A DNA stretch of 64,000 nt from Escherichia coli (GTDB lineage: Bacteria; Pseudomonadota; Gammaproteobacteria; Enterobacterales; Enterobacteriaceae). The DNA lies in assembly GCF_030384885.1 (NCBI RefSeq), contig NZ_CP128613.1. One strand, written 5' to 3'. The translations under genes and the position numbers were made by a program. Numbering within the stretch: the stretch's first letter is position 1; each line of letters opens with the position of its first letter. Positions 32,401 to 39,611 of this stretch are shown piece by piece. Under the pieces are notes generated by a model, which saw only the letters and a list, made by a program, of their open reading frames with translations, was not told the DNA's origin and ran no database searches.

Positions 32401-33979
32401 TAATGTTACGCCAGTTAAACTTGAAGGGGTGGTCCGGATTACCGATAGCGCGACATTAACTATCGGAAATGGCGTCGATACGACGCTTGCCGACCTGACG
32501 GCTGCCAGCCGGGGCAGTGTCTGGCTTAACAGCAATAATTCCTGTGCAGGCACCAGCAACTGCGAATATAGAGTAAACAGTTTGCTCCTCAACGACGGTG
32601 ATGTTTATTTATCAGCACAAACAGCAGCGCCTGCCACAACTAACGGTATCTACAATACGCTGACCACCAGTGAACTTTCCGGCAGCGGTAATTTCTACCT
32701 GCATACCAACGTTGCAGGCTCCCGGGGCGATCAACTGGTCGTCAACAACAACGCCACTGGCAATTTTAAAATCTTTGTTCAGGATACCGGCGTCAGCCCT
32801 CAGTCTGACGACGCGATGACGCTGGTGAAAACAGGGGGAGGGGATGCTTCGTTTACGCTGGGTAATACCGGCGGTTTCGTTGATCTTGGGACCTATGAGT
32901 ATGTCCTGAAAAGCGACGGCAACAGCAACTGGAACCTGACCAATGATGTCAAACCCAACCCGGATCCCAACCCAAATCCGAAACCGGATCCAAAACCAGA
33001 CCCAAAACCGGATCCGAAACCAGACCCGACTCCCGATCCAACGCCGACACCCGTCCCGGAGAAACGCATCACGCCTTCTACGGCAGCCGTACTCAATATG
33101 GCAGCAACATTACCGTTGGTCTTTGATGCTGAGCTAAACAGTATTCGCGAGCGGTTGAACATAATGAAAGCGAGTCCACACAACAATAATGTCTGGGGGA
33201 CGACGTATAACACCCGTAATAATGTCACCACCGATGCGGGTGCCGGGTTTGAGCAGACGCTGACCGGAATGACGGTGGGGATCGATAGCCGTAATGATAT
33301 TCCTGAGGGGATTGCGACGCTGGGCGCTTTTATGGGTTATTCCCATTCACATATCGGTTTTGATCGTGGAGGACATGGCAGTGTGGGCAGTTATTCTCTG
33401 GGGGGCTATGTCAGCTGGGAACATGAAAGTGGTTTCTATCTGGACGGTATCGTGAAGCTGAACCGCTTTGAAAGTAACGTAGCCGGTAAAATGAGCAGCG
33501 GTGGAGCCGCCAACGGCAGTTATCGCAGCAACGGGCTGGGTGGTCATCTTGAAACCGGGATGCGATTTACCGATGGTAACTGGAACCTGACGCCGTATGC
33601 ATCGTTAACGGGGTTCACCGCTGATAACCCCGAATATCATTTATCCAATGGTATGGAATCGAAATCAGTCGATACCCGCAGTATATATCGTGAACTGGGC
33701 GCAACGCTGAGTTACAACATGCGTCTGGGGAACGGCATGGAAGTTGAGCCGTGGCTGAAGGCGGCTGTGCGCAAAGAATTTGTCGATGATAACCGGGTGA
33801 AAGTGAATAATGACGGTAATTTTGTCAATGATTTGTCGGGCAGACGTGGAATATACCAGGCAGGTATTAAAGCCTCATTCAGCAGTTCGTTAAGCGGGCA
33901 TCTCGGGGTAGGGTATAGCAATGGTGCTGGTTTGGAATCCCCGTGGAACGCGGTGGCTGGTGTGAACTGGTCGTTCTGA
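29411..33979 (+). CDS. ypjA: AIDA-I/YpjA-type autotransporter adhesin (~1,522 aa)
   Basis: ORF 29324..33979. Likely start MNRTSPYYFRRSVLSLLISALIYAPPGMAA (signal peptide). Long degenerate ~19-aa beta-helix repeats (GGxQxVxxGGxAxxTxI), a Pro-rich linker, and a C-terminal beta-barrel ending ...AVAGVNWSF. Confidence 0.9.
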   Translation: MNRTSPYYFRRSVLSLLISALIYAPPGMAAFTSTVIGVVNDETVDGVQRVDERGTTNNTHIINHGYQDVYGGVSNGSIIESGGYQDVGGHYNFVGQANNTTINGGRQTIHDGGISTGTIIESGNQDVYTGGISNGTTIKGGNSHISGGTANGTIIDGGSQRVTTQGHVDSTTINKSGSQDITQGSLATNTTINGGRQYVEQSTVETTTIKNGGEQRVYENHALDTTIEGGTQSLNNKSTAKYTQIYSGGTQIVDYTSTSDVIEIYSGGVLDVSGGTATNVTQHDGAILKTNTNGTTVSGTNSEGAFSIHNNVADNVLLENGGHLDVYGSANKTIIKDNGTMSVLANAKADATRIDNGGVMDVAGNATNTIINGGTQNINNHGIATGTNINSGTQNIKSGGKADTTNISSGSRQVVEKDGTATGSNISAGGSLIVYTGGIAHGVNQETGSALVANTGAGTDIEGYNKLSHFTITGGEANYVVLENTGELTVVAKTTAKNTTVDAGGKLIVQKEAKTDSTRLNNGGVLEVQDGGEAKHVEQQSGGALIASTTSGTLIEGTNSYGDAFYIRNSEAKNVVLENAGSLTVVTGSRAVDTIINANGKMDVYGKDVGTVLNSAGTQTIYASATSDKANIKGGKQTVYGLATEANIESGEQIVDGGSTDKTHLKGGTQTVQNYGKAINTDIVSGLQQIMANGTTEGSIINGGSQVVNEGGLAENSVLNDGGTLDVREKGSATGIQQSSQGALVATTRATRVTGTRADGVAFSIEQDAANNILLANGGVLTVESDTTSAKTQVNAGGREIVKTKATATGTMLTGGEQIVEGVANETTINDGGIQTVSANGEAVKTTINEGGTLTVNDNGKATDIIQNSGAALQTSTANGIEISGTHQYGTFSIAGNLATNALLENGGNLLVLAGTEARDSTVGNGGAMQNLGQDFATKVNSGGQYTLGRSKDEFQALARAEDLQVAGGTAIVYAGTLADASVSGATGSLSLMTPRDNVTPVKLEGVVRITDSATLTIGNGVDTTLADLTAASRGSVWLNSNNSCAGTSNCEYRVNSLLLNDGDVYLSAQTAAPATTNGIYNTLTTSELSGSGNFYLHTNVAGSRGDQLVVNNNATGNFKIFVQDTGVSPQSDDAMTLVKTGGGDASFTLGNTGGFVDLGTYEYVLKSDGNSNWNLTNDVKPNPDPNPNPKPDPKPDPKPDPKPDPTPDPTPTPVPEKRITPSTAAVLNMAATLPLVFDAELNSIRERLNIMKASPHNNNVWGTTYNTRNNVTTDAGAGFEQTLTGMTVGIDSRNDIPEGIATLGAFMGYSHSHIGFDRGGHGSVGSYSLGGYVSWEHESGFYLDGIVKLNRFESNVAGKMSSGGAANGSYRSNGLGGHLETGMRFTDGNWNLTPYASLTGFTADNPEYHLSNGMESKSVDTRSIYRELGATLSYNMRLGNGMEVEPWLKAAVRKEFVDDNRVKVNNDGNFVNDLSGRRGIYQAGIKASFSSSLSGHLGVGYSNGAGLESPWNAVAGVNWSF
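32951..33058 (+). repeat. Tandem Pro-rich coding repeat (PNPDPNPNPKPDPKPDPKPDPKPDPTPDPTPTPVP) in the autotransporter linker
   Basis: Direct 6/12-nt repeats ccaaaaccagac/ccaaaaccggat/ccgaaaccagac visible in the DNA. Confidence 0.85.
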
Positions 33980-33990
33980 CCATCAACGAA

Positions 33991-34012
33991 AAAGCCCACA
34001 TCTGTGGGCTTT
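33991..34012 (+). terminator. Hairpin terminator after ypjA
   Basis: aaagcccac-atct-gtgggcttt, 12 nt after the stop codon. Confidence 0.6.
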
Positions 34013-34139
34013 CATATCACCAGGAGCCGCGGCTCCTTTGCGTATCCTTTTATGTCTCCTCACCGTCTGGTCGGTGTCTTGCTGAGACTTCTAACTTCCT
34101 GTTTTTGTTGGTGTTGTCCTTACACCGTCCAATCATGAT

Positions 34140-34183
34140 TGGTGGGCTGGCGGGAGTTGAACCCGCGTCCGAAATTCCTACAT
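34140..34183 (-). repeat. Displaced copy of the tmRNA 3' end (att core) - left boundary of the ssrA prophage
   Basis: tggtgggctggcgggagttgaacccgcgtccgaaattcctacat. The 38 nt at 34146-34183 are identical to 48505-48542 inside ssrA. One base (a) of the acceptor region is missing relative to the functional copy. Confidence 0.9.
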
Positions 34184-34304
34184 ACTAATAATATATCTTT
34201 AAAATCAAAATATTCTATTATTTATCAATGTATTATGTTTATGTGGTGTTAAGGGGTTTATATGGGTTTTAGTTCTCTGCCGCCAAAATGCCGCCAAAAA
34301 AATT

Positions 34305-34336
34305 GAATGGTAAAACGCCAGTTCGTTGAACTGGCG
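34305..34336 (-). terminator. Putative terminator of the thyX-like/dcd-like cargo operon
   Basis: Stem cgccagttc (34316-34324)/gaactggcg (34328-34336) 10 nt after the stop. T-rich on the minus strand afterwards (ttttaccattcaattttttt). Confidence 0.55.
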
Positions 34337-34346
34337 AGATCTTGTC

Positions 34347-35114
34347 TTATTGTTTTATTATCTTAACGTGCGCCGTTCCTCCATTGACTTTTTCGAAATC
34401 TTGGAACAAGGCAGGGGCATCTTGAGTTACAATATCGTAAAGTTTTTCTGAAACTGTTCTCATTTCATAGTCACCCTGTATTGCTCCTCTCATTTCGAAG
34501 AAGTGTCGAATTGCGCGAGCATTTGCTGTGACGATTATTTTTGTCTCGGTTGCATTAGGCAATATAGAGCGAGAAGCGCTTCTTAAGGCCCGCATTTTTT
34601 CTTTTTTGTTCTCATACGATTGGTTTTCACGGATTTTTTTCAAGGATTGCTTATAAAAATCCAGACTACTTTCAATATGTTGGCACCATGACTTAAACAA
34701 TTCTGGGTCATTTTTTACTTCTATAGGGGCTACGAATTCAGCATCGGATTCATCATGATACTGTTGGGATAACTGGCTATATGAAAAACCAGCTCTATGC
34801 CGAACTAGCTGGTGTGTAAATGCACGAGATACCCCAGTAATTAAAAAGGTCCAGTTCAAATGTTCTAAGACACTTTCATGCCCTTGAATAATTAAATTGT
34901 TGATATATTGACTTGTAGTCCGTGGAGACTGCTTATCCTCTCCAAAAGACATATAACATAGCCTGCCAGCGGCCTCTACCAGAAGCTCAGCTTCGGTCGC
35001 CTGCCCTTTGCGAACCCATTGCAATGATGATGTGTTTAAAAAATCATCAAAAACATTACTTTCAAATGAAGGGTGTGATATGCATTTTACTGATAAATCA
35101 GAGATTTTTATCAT
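34347..35114 (-). CDS. ThyX-like (flavin-dependent thymidylate synthase fold) protein with a variant ThyX motif
   Basis: 255 aa. GHESVLEH, THQLVRHRAGFSYSQLSQQY (compare RHRxxSxxxxSxRY) and LPNATETKIIVTANARAIRHFFEMR resemble ThyX. AT-rich. Starts 2 nt after the upstream ORF stop. Confidence 0.7.
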   Translation of the reverse strand: MIKISDLSVKCISHPSFESNVFDDFLNTSSLQWVRKGQATEAELLVEAAGRLCYMSFGEDKQSPRTTSQYINNLIIQGHESVLEHLNWTFLITGVSRAFTHQLVRHRAGFSYSQLSQQYHDESDAEFVAPIEVKNDPELFKSWCQHIESSLDFYKQSLKKIRENQSYENKKEKMRALRSASRSILPNATETKIIVTANARAIRHFFEMRGAIQGDYEMRTVSEKLYDIVTQDAPALFQDFEKVNGGTAHVKIIKQ

Positions 35115-35116
35115 TT

Positions 35117-35902
35117 TTACTCCCGTATAGCTTTTGGGGTGCTTACTTTAGCATCAACCTTTGGTTCGTTTGATTTAGCATTTTTTAGTAATTCAACGGT
35201 GCTTTTTAGGCTATTTATTTCATTTTGTTGAACTTTTATTGTTAATTCAAGATCTTTTGTACTACTGACATTACTGGATACTATTTGAAATAAGAAAGGA
35301 ATTGCTAGGGTTATCAACGTTAGCATTAAGGCTGCTATCGCAATTATAAAGCCAGTTTTTTTCGCAATGATTTTATTGATTTCTTTCGGAAGTCGTTTAT
35401 CAAGTCCTGCAAAATCCTTTCCCATTCTAGAAAGTTGATCATCATCCAATTTATTTACGATTTTTCCTTGGTAACCTTTAGTCGGTATTATTGTTTTAAA
35501 TAATAACATTCGGGCTACTGCTGAATTTTGTGTCAATGAGAATGGTTCTTTTGACATATTTACAAGATATATTGAAATTATGCCATTATATCCAGGGTCA
35601 ATATGCCCTGGATTCGTCATGATAATTCCATTTTTTGATAGTGTGTTTCTTGGAAATATTACACCAGCTAAATTTTTTGCAAGTTGGAATTTTTCATTTA
35701 ACTCTAATATTACAGTTTCCCCTGGCATCAGGATATGGTTGTTACGTGTTTTTTTATTGTCTTGACAGTCTGGTATATGTATTGTTTTTACAGAGAGATC
35801 AATGCTTGCAGATTGAACTTTAAATGTTCCATTTAATACCGTTAATGGATCAAAAATGTTGCCTCGCTGAATTTCATCATTGATTTCTATTTCAGACAGC
35901 AT
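35117..35902 (-). CDS. dCTP deaminase/dUTPase-superfamily domain protein with C-terminal TM helix and coiled-coil tail
   Basis: 261 aa. SIDLSV, PGETVILELNEKFQL, FPRNTLSKNGIIMTNPGHIDPGYNGIISIYLVN align by eye with E. coli Dcd (DGRSSLARLG...HRIDPGWSGCIVLEFYN) and Dut motif III (GLIDSDYQG). TM segment GFIIAIAALMLTLITLAIPFLFQIV. Confidence 0.7.
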   Translation of the reverse strand: MLSEIEINDEIQRGNIFDPLTVLNGTFKVQSASIDLSVKTIHIPDCQDNKKTRNNHILMPGETVILELNEKFQLAKNLAGVIFPRNTLSKNGIIMTNPGHIDPGYNGIISIYLVNMSKEPFSLTQNSAVARMLLFKTIIPTKGYQGKIVNKLDDDQLSRMGKDFAGLDKRLPKEINKIIAKKTGFIIAIAALMLTLITLAIPFLFQIVSSNVSSTKDLELTIKVQQNEINSLKSTVELLKNAKSNEPKVDAKVSTPKAIRE

Positions 35903-35928
35903 ATCAAAATCCTATATTTGTAAAGTTA

Positions 35929-36942
35929 TTATAAATTAGCCAGAGGGTTTTTTATTACTGCATCTTCAAGATGCTCTGGGGAAAAATGTGCATAAATCAT
36001 AGTCATTTTTATATCAGAGTGGCCTAAAATATCTCGTAAAACCAAAATATTACCACCATTCATCATAAAATGGCTGGCGAATGTATGGCGCAGAACGTGA
36101 GTGCATTGGCCCTCTGGTAACTCAATGTCAGCTCGCTTTACTGCTCGTTCAAAGGCTTTTCTGCAAGGAGTGAATAACTTCCCTCTGTTCTTAGGGAGTT
36201 CGTCATACAGATCCTGAGATATCGGCACGGTACGGTTTTTCTTGCCCTTAGTCTTGGTATAGGTGATCCGGTATTTCGATAACTGATGGCCCTGCAGATT
36301 TTCGGCTTCACTCCAGCGCGCGCCGGTGGCCAGGCATATTTTTGTAATTAAAAGTAGACTGGGGCTTTGAGAATCAGCACAGGCATCCAGCAGACGTTTA
36401 ATTTCTTCCGGGGTCAGGAACGACAGTTCACCCTCAGCAATTTTAAATGTTGGCAGCCCGGCAAGCGGATTGGGGGCTGACCAGTGGCCCAACTTTTTCA
36501 GTGTGCCAAAAACAGATGATAGGTTGCGCTGTTCAAGGTTTACAGTGCGGGGCTTAACGGGCGACATAAGCGTGCCCTCTTCATTTCGCACTTCACCTTT
36601 TAGCCGCGCTTCTCGGTATTTAGTAAAATCACCGGCTGTCAGCTCTGAGGCGATGGGATCGCCTAGACCATTACAGATAATTCTAAGTTTCGCCATGAGG
36701 CGCTTGGGGTCTGCGAGTGTTTGACCATACAGGGAATACCACTGCTCAATTAATTCTGATAGGTGTCGCCGATCTTCCTTTTCCCCCAGCCATGGCTTTT
36801 TGTTCACTTCTTCCATTGTGAAGCTTTCAAAAGCAATGGCTTCGCCTTTCGTAGCAAATTGCTTACGCACGCGCTTGCCATTGCGTCCATGGGGATAGCA
36901 CTCGCACAACCATTTACCGTTTGGCTGTTTTCTGACAGTCAT
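35929..36942 (-). CDS. int: Phage tyrosine integrase (P2/186 family)
   Basis: 337 aa. Box I ATGARWSEAENL, box II HVLRHTFASHFMMNGGNILVLRDILGHSDIKMTMIYAH (R, H-x-x-R, H, Y). Confidence 0.9.
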   Translation of the reverse strand: MTVRKQPNGKWLCECYPHGRNGKRVRKQFATKGEAIAFESFTMEEVNKKPWLGEKEDRRHLSELIEQWYSLYGQTLADPKRLMAKLRIICNGLGDPIASELTAGDFTKYREARLKGEVRNEEGTLMSPVKPRTVNLEQRNLSSVFGTLKKLGHWSAPNPLAGLPTFKIAEGELSFLTPEEIKRLLDACADSQSPSLLLITKICLATGARWSEAENLQGHQLSKYRITYTKTKGKKNRTVPISQDLYDELPKNRGKLFTPCRKAFERAVKRADIELPEGQCTHVLRHTFASHFMMNGGNILVLRDILGHSDIKMTMIYAHFSPEHLEDAVIKNPLANL

Positions 36943-36944
36943 GT

Positions 36945-37577
36945 TTAGATACTCTTTATTACTTTGACTGCACGCCCAATAACTTCCACATCATCAGTAG
37001 AGCACTCGAAAGACGCTTCATCTTGATTTACTACAATCTTATTGCCGGGAATCCGCATGATTTTTGCAACAATAATCATTCCATCAATATTGATAAGCCA
37101 GAATCCATTGCTGACCTGTTTAATTGATTTATCGATGAGATAACAATTAGTAGGGGTTTCTAAGAACATCAATTCTTCATAATCTGCAGGTAATATGCTG
37201 TGGTCTAGGAAAATCTCTTCATCAATACTGAGTTGTCCATTCTCCAGGGTTCCTTTAGGAATAGCTGGAGTTATGAGTTTGGATAACGGTTTAATTGCTT
37301 GTTTGTTCTCATTATGAGAACTTTTCTCAGGCTCAGCTCCTCCTTTCATGCTTCCCTGTCCTGTAGCTAACCAAAGCAACGAAACACCGGTTTCTAGTGC
37401 GCACTGAATTATCCAGTCAGCAGGAAAGCTGTCACGTAACACTCTGTTTGCCATAGTGCTTTTTGAGACATTCAGGTGCTCGCTTAATGCCTGCTTAGTT
37501 GTGAATCCATAAGCCTCAAGCAGCCTTTCAATAGCTGCCTTACCTCCCGTATCGGAACCCATTCTGATGTTTAACAT
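36945..37577 (-). CDS. cI: 186-type CI immunity repressor
   Basis: 210 aa. N-terminal HTH (TKQALSEHLNVSKSTMANRVLRDSFPADWIIQCALETGVSLLWLATGQG), typical of the phage 186 CI family. Divergent from the apl-cII lytic operon. Confidence 0.8.
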   Translation of the reverse strand: MLNIRMGSDTGGKAAIERLLEAYGFTTKQALSEHLNVSKSTMANRVLRDSFPADWIIQCALETGVSLLWLATGQGSMKGGAEPEKSSHNENKQAIKPLSKLITPAIPKGTLENGQLSIDEEIFLDHSILPADYEELMFLETPTNCYLIDKSIKQVSNGFWLINIDGMIIVAKIMRIPGNKIVVNQDEASFECSTDDVEVIGRAVKVIKSI

Positions 37578-37590
37578 TGGTGATCTCCAT

Positions 37591-37619
37591 TTGACAATCT
37601 TGAATCAAGATCGTAATGT
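37591..37619 (+). promoter_or_regulatory. Putative lytic promoter (pR-like) with embedded palindromic operator
   Basis: TTGACA (37591-96) - 17 nt - TAATGT (37614-19). The spacer is the perfect 15-bp palindrome atcttgaatcaagat (37597-37611). Lies between divergent cI and apl. Confidence 0.55.
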
Positions 37620-37698
37620 CTTCATGTCTCTTGATGTGAGAGTTTAAGAGACGGGCTAAAACGAACTAACACGCACACAAAGTAAGAGATACTGCACT

Positions 37699-37941
37699 AT
37701 GAGTACTGATATTTCAATTCGTGTACCAAAAGAGATGGCTACGCCTGCAGAGTTCGCAGAGTGGGAGGGTATTTCCCGCGGCTCTGTTTACCAAAAAATT
37801 CACCATGGTCAACTTGCTAAGTACATGGTCAAGAAAGAAAAAAACAAAGGCCGCGTAAGCCTGCGTTATCTGATGTACAAAACCGATCAGGTCCGTGAAT
37901 CCCTCGGTCATTCCAACTTCCGCGTCATTGTTGGTAAGTAA
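37699..37941 (+). CDS. apl: Apl/Cox-like excisionase-transcriptional regulator
   Basis: 80 aa; HTH ATPAEFAEWEGISRGSVYQKIHHGQL. First gene of the rightward early operon. Confidence 0.7.
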   Translation: MSTDISIRVPKEMATPAEFAEWEGISRGSVYQKIHHGQLAKYMVKKEKNKGRVSLRYLMYKTDQVRESLGHSNFRVIVGK

Positions 37942-37973
37942 GTTCAATTATGGGAACTTTCTAAGGGGGCACC

Positions 37974-38483
37974 ATGTTTGATTACAAGATTTCCAAACAT
38001 CCGCATTTCGATGAAGCCTGTAGGGCTTTTGCACTGCGCCACAACCTGGTGCAACTGGCAGAACGTGCAGGCATGAATGTGCAGATTCTGCGGAACAAGC
38101 TGAACCCAGCTCAACCTCATTTATTAACTGCACCAGAAATCTGGTTGCTTACCGATCTGACTGAAGATTCAACGCTGGTAGATGGTTTTCTGGCTCAGAT
38201 TCACTGCCTGCCATGTGTACCGATTAATGAGGTGGCAAAAGAGAAACTGCCACATTACGTCATGAGTGCAACCGCAGAGATCGGGCGTGTCGCGGCAGGT
38301 GCGGTTTCTGGCGATGTAAAAACCAGTGCAGGCCGTCGTGATGCGATCAGCAGCATTAACTCTGTTACACGACTGATGGCGCTGGCTGCTGTTTCATTGC
38401 AGGCCCGTTTACAGGCTAATCCTGCGATGGCGAGTGCGGTTGATACCGTGACTGGCCTCGGTGCTTCATTCGGTTTGCTGTGA
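37974..38483 (+). CDS. cII: 186 CII-like lysogeny establishment activator
   Basis: 169 aa [49 protein letters not shown]. Same length and N-terminus as recalled phage 186 CII. Confidence 0.75.
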   Translation: MFDYKISKHPHFDEACRAFALRHNLVQLAERAGMNVQILRNKLNPAQPHLLTAPEIWLLTDLTEDSTLVDGFLAQIHCLPCVPINEVAKEKLPHYVMSATAEIGRVAAGAVSGDVKTSAGRRDAISSINSVTRLMALAAVSLQARLQANPAMASAVDTVTGLGASFGLL

Positions 38484-38490
38484 GGTGCTT

Positions 38491-38787
38491 ATGCTGATGA
38501 AAGAACCATCATTTGCATCGCTCCTGGTAAAACAAAGTCCGGCAATGCACTACGGTCACGGCTGGATCATGGGTGAGGATGGTAAACGCTGGCATCCGTA
38601 CCGTTCACAAGATGAATTGCTGTCTGAATTGACCACGAGGAAACGGAGAAAGTCCAAATGTATGCGGCAGAAAATAAAGTGGTTTATCACTTTCGTTACA
38701 GAGGGGAGAATTATTCAGTACCTGAAGATGATTTGCTCTGTTGCTATCCGTCGTTGTCGGGCGATGGTAGCTACTTTTTCACGCTAA
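38491..38787 (+). CDS. Hypothetical early-operon protein (Fil position)
   Basis: ATG at 38491 preceded by tgaGGTGc. MLMKEPSFASLLVKQSPAMHYGHGWIMGEDGKRWHPYRSQDELLSEL. The 3' third overlaps the next ORF by 130 nt, so the true end is uncertain. Confidence 0.45.
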   Translation: MLMKEPSFASLLVKQSPAMHYGHGWIMGEDGKRWHPYRSQDELLSELTTRKRRKSKCMRQKIKWFITFVTEGRIIQYLKMICSVAIRRCRAMVATFSR

Positions 38788-38882
38788 AGGATGGAACCTT
38801 TATACGTGGTGAAAAAGTACAAGAAGTGATGCGTATAAAGACATCACCTCTTGAACGTTATCGGCGAAATATTTATCGGTAA
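38658..38882 (+). CDS. Hypothetical phage protein (74 aa)
   Basis: ATG preceded by GGAGAAAG SD. MYAAENKVVYHFRYRGENYSVPEDDLLCCYPSLSGDGSYFFTLKDGTFIRGEKV. Confidence 0.5.
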   Translation: MYAAENKVVYHFRYRGENYSVPEDDLLCCYPSLSGDGSYFFTLKDGTFIRGEKVQEVMRIKTSPLERYRRNIYR

Positions 38883-39121
38883 CGATCTATCAGTGTCTGT
38901 ATCAGATGAGTGAATTCTTGTTGTTTAACCGAACCTAAAGGAAGTTTGTTTAATTCTTCGCGGAGGAGCTCAAAAAATGCTGATTGATTTGCTGAGTCAG
39001 TTCGAAATAAGGAGTGGATCAGACCTGAAACAAGAATTCGTTGAACAGCAACCTCATCGCGAAGACTGGAGATCTCGTTTTCAAGTTGCTCTATACGCTC
39101 TCTTTCAACCGGGTTCAACAT
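38873..39121 (-). CDS. Hypothetical coiled-coil protein encoded antisense to the early operon (moron-like)
   Basis: 82 aa MLNPVERERIEQLENEISSLRDEVAVQRILV...; AAGGAA SD 8 nt upstream on the minus strand. More coding-like than the overlapping plus-strand ORF 38977..39213. Confidence 0.45.
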   Translation of the reverse strand: MLNPVERERIEQLENEISSLRDEVAVQRILVSGLIHSLFRTDSANQSAFFELLREELNKLPLGSVKQQEFTHLIQTLIDRYR

Positions 39122-39202
39122 TGATGATTCCTTCTAGCTATCAATATGTTGGTAATGGATCATATCAAAAATTTTTTAGTAGATGTGTTGTGGGATGCAT
39201 AA

Positions 39203-39544
39203 ATGGCTATTGAAGGCACTGCGGCGACTGTTCCATTAAGCCCCGGTGAACGCCTGAATGGACTTAATCACATTGCGGAGTTAAGGGCGAAAGTTTTTGG
39301 CCTGAATATTGAGTCAGAGCTTGAGCGGTTTATTAAAGATATGCGTGATTCACGGGATATTAATAGCGAACAAAATAAACGGGCACTGGCTGCCATATTC
39401 TTTATGGCAAAAATTCCAGCTGAACGTCATAGCATCAGCATTAATGAGCTGACCACTGACGAAAAGCGGGAGTTGATTAAAGCAATGAATCATTTTCGTG
39501 CAGTGGTGAGCTTATTTCCCAGACGGCTAACCATGCCGAATTAA
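39203..39544 (+). CDS. Hypothetical phage protein (113 aa)
   Basis: ORF-track ORF in early-operon orientation; no recognisable motif. Confidence 0.5.
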   Translation: MAIEGTAATVPLSPGERLNGLNHIAELRAKVFGLNIESELERFIKDMRDSRDINSEQNKRALAAIFFMAKIPAERHSISINELTTDEKRELIKAMNHFRAVVSLFPRRLTMPN

Positions 39545-39611
39545 CCAACTAATGAAATTAATGGCGTAAACCCGCCGGGCATCCCTTTATCTAAATTCAG
39601 GAGAATTGATT

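Larger units (their letters stand above)
28691..34139. mobile_element. Degenerate island segment between two tmRNA-3'-end-like repeats (pin invertase relic + YpjA autotransporter)
   Basis: Bounded by the att-like relic at 28656-28690 and the 44-bp ssrA 3'-end copy at 34140-34183. Contains a recombinase pseudogene and an adhesin-type autotransporter. Confidence 0.5.

Noticed and set aside
32951-33058. Short direct repeats considered as a possible CRISPR-like or other non-coding array
   Set aside because: The repeats are 6-12 nt, contiguous with no spacers, and in frame within the autotransporter. They form a coding Pro-rich linker. I saw no CRISPR array anywhere in the window.
38977-39213. 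78-aa plus-strand ORF in the phage early region
   Set aside because: It overlaps the better-supported minus-strand 82-aa ORF, lacks an SD, and ends inside the next gene's start region. I judged it the less likely frame.
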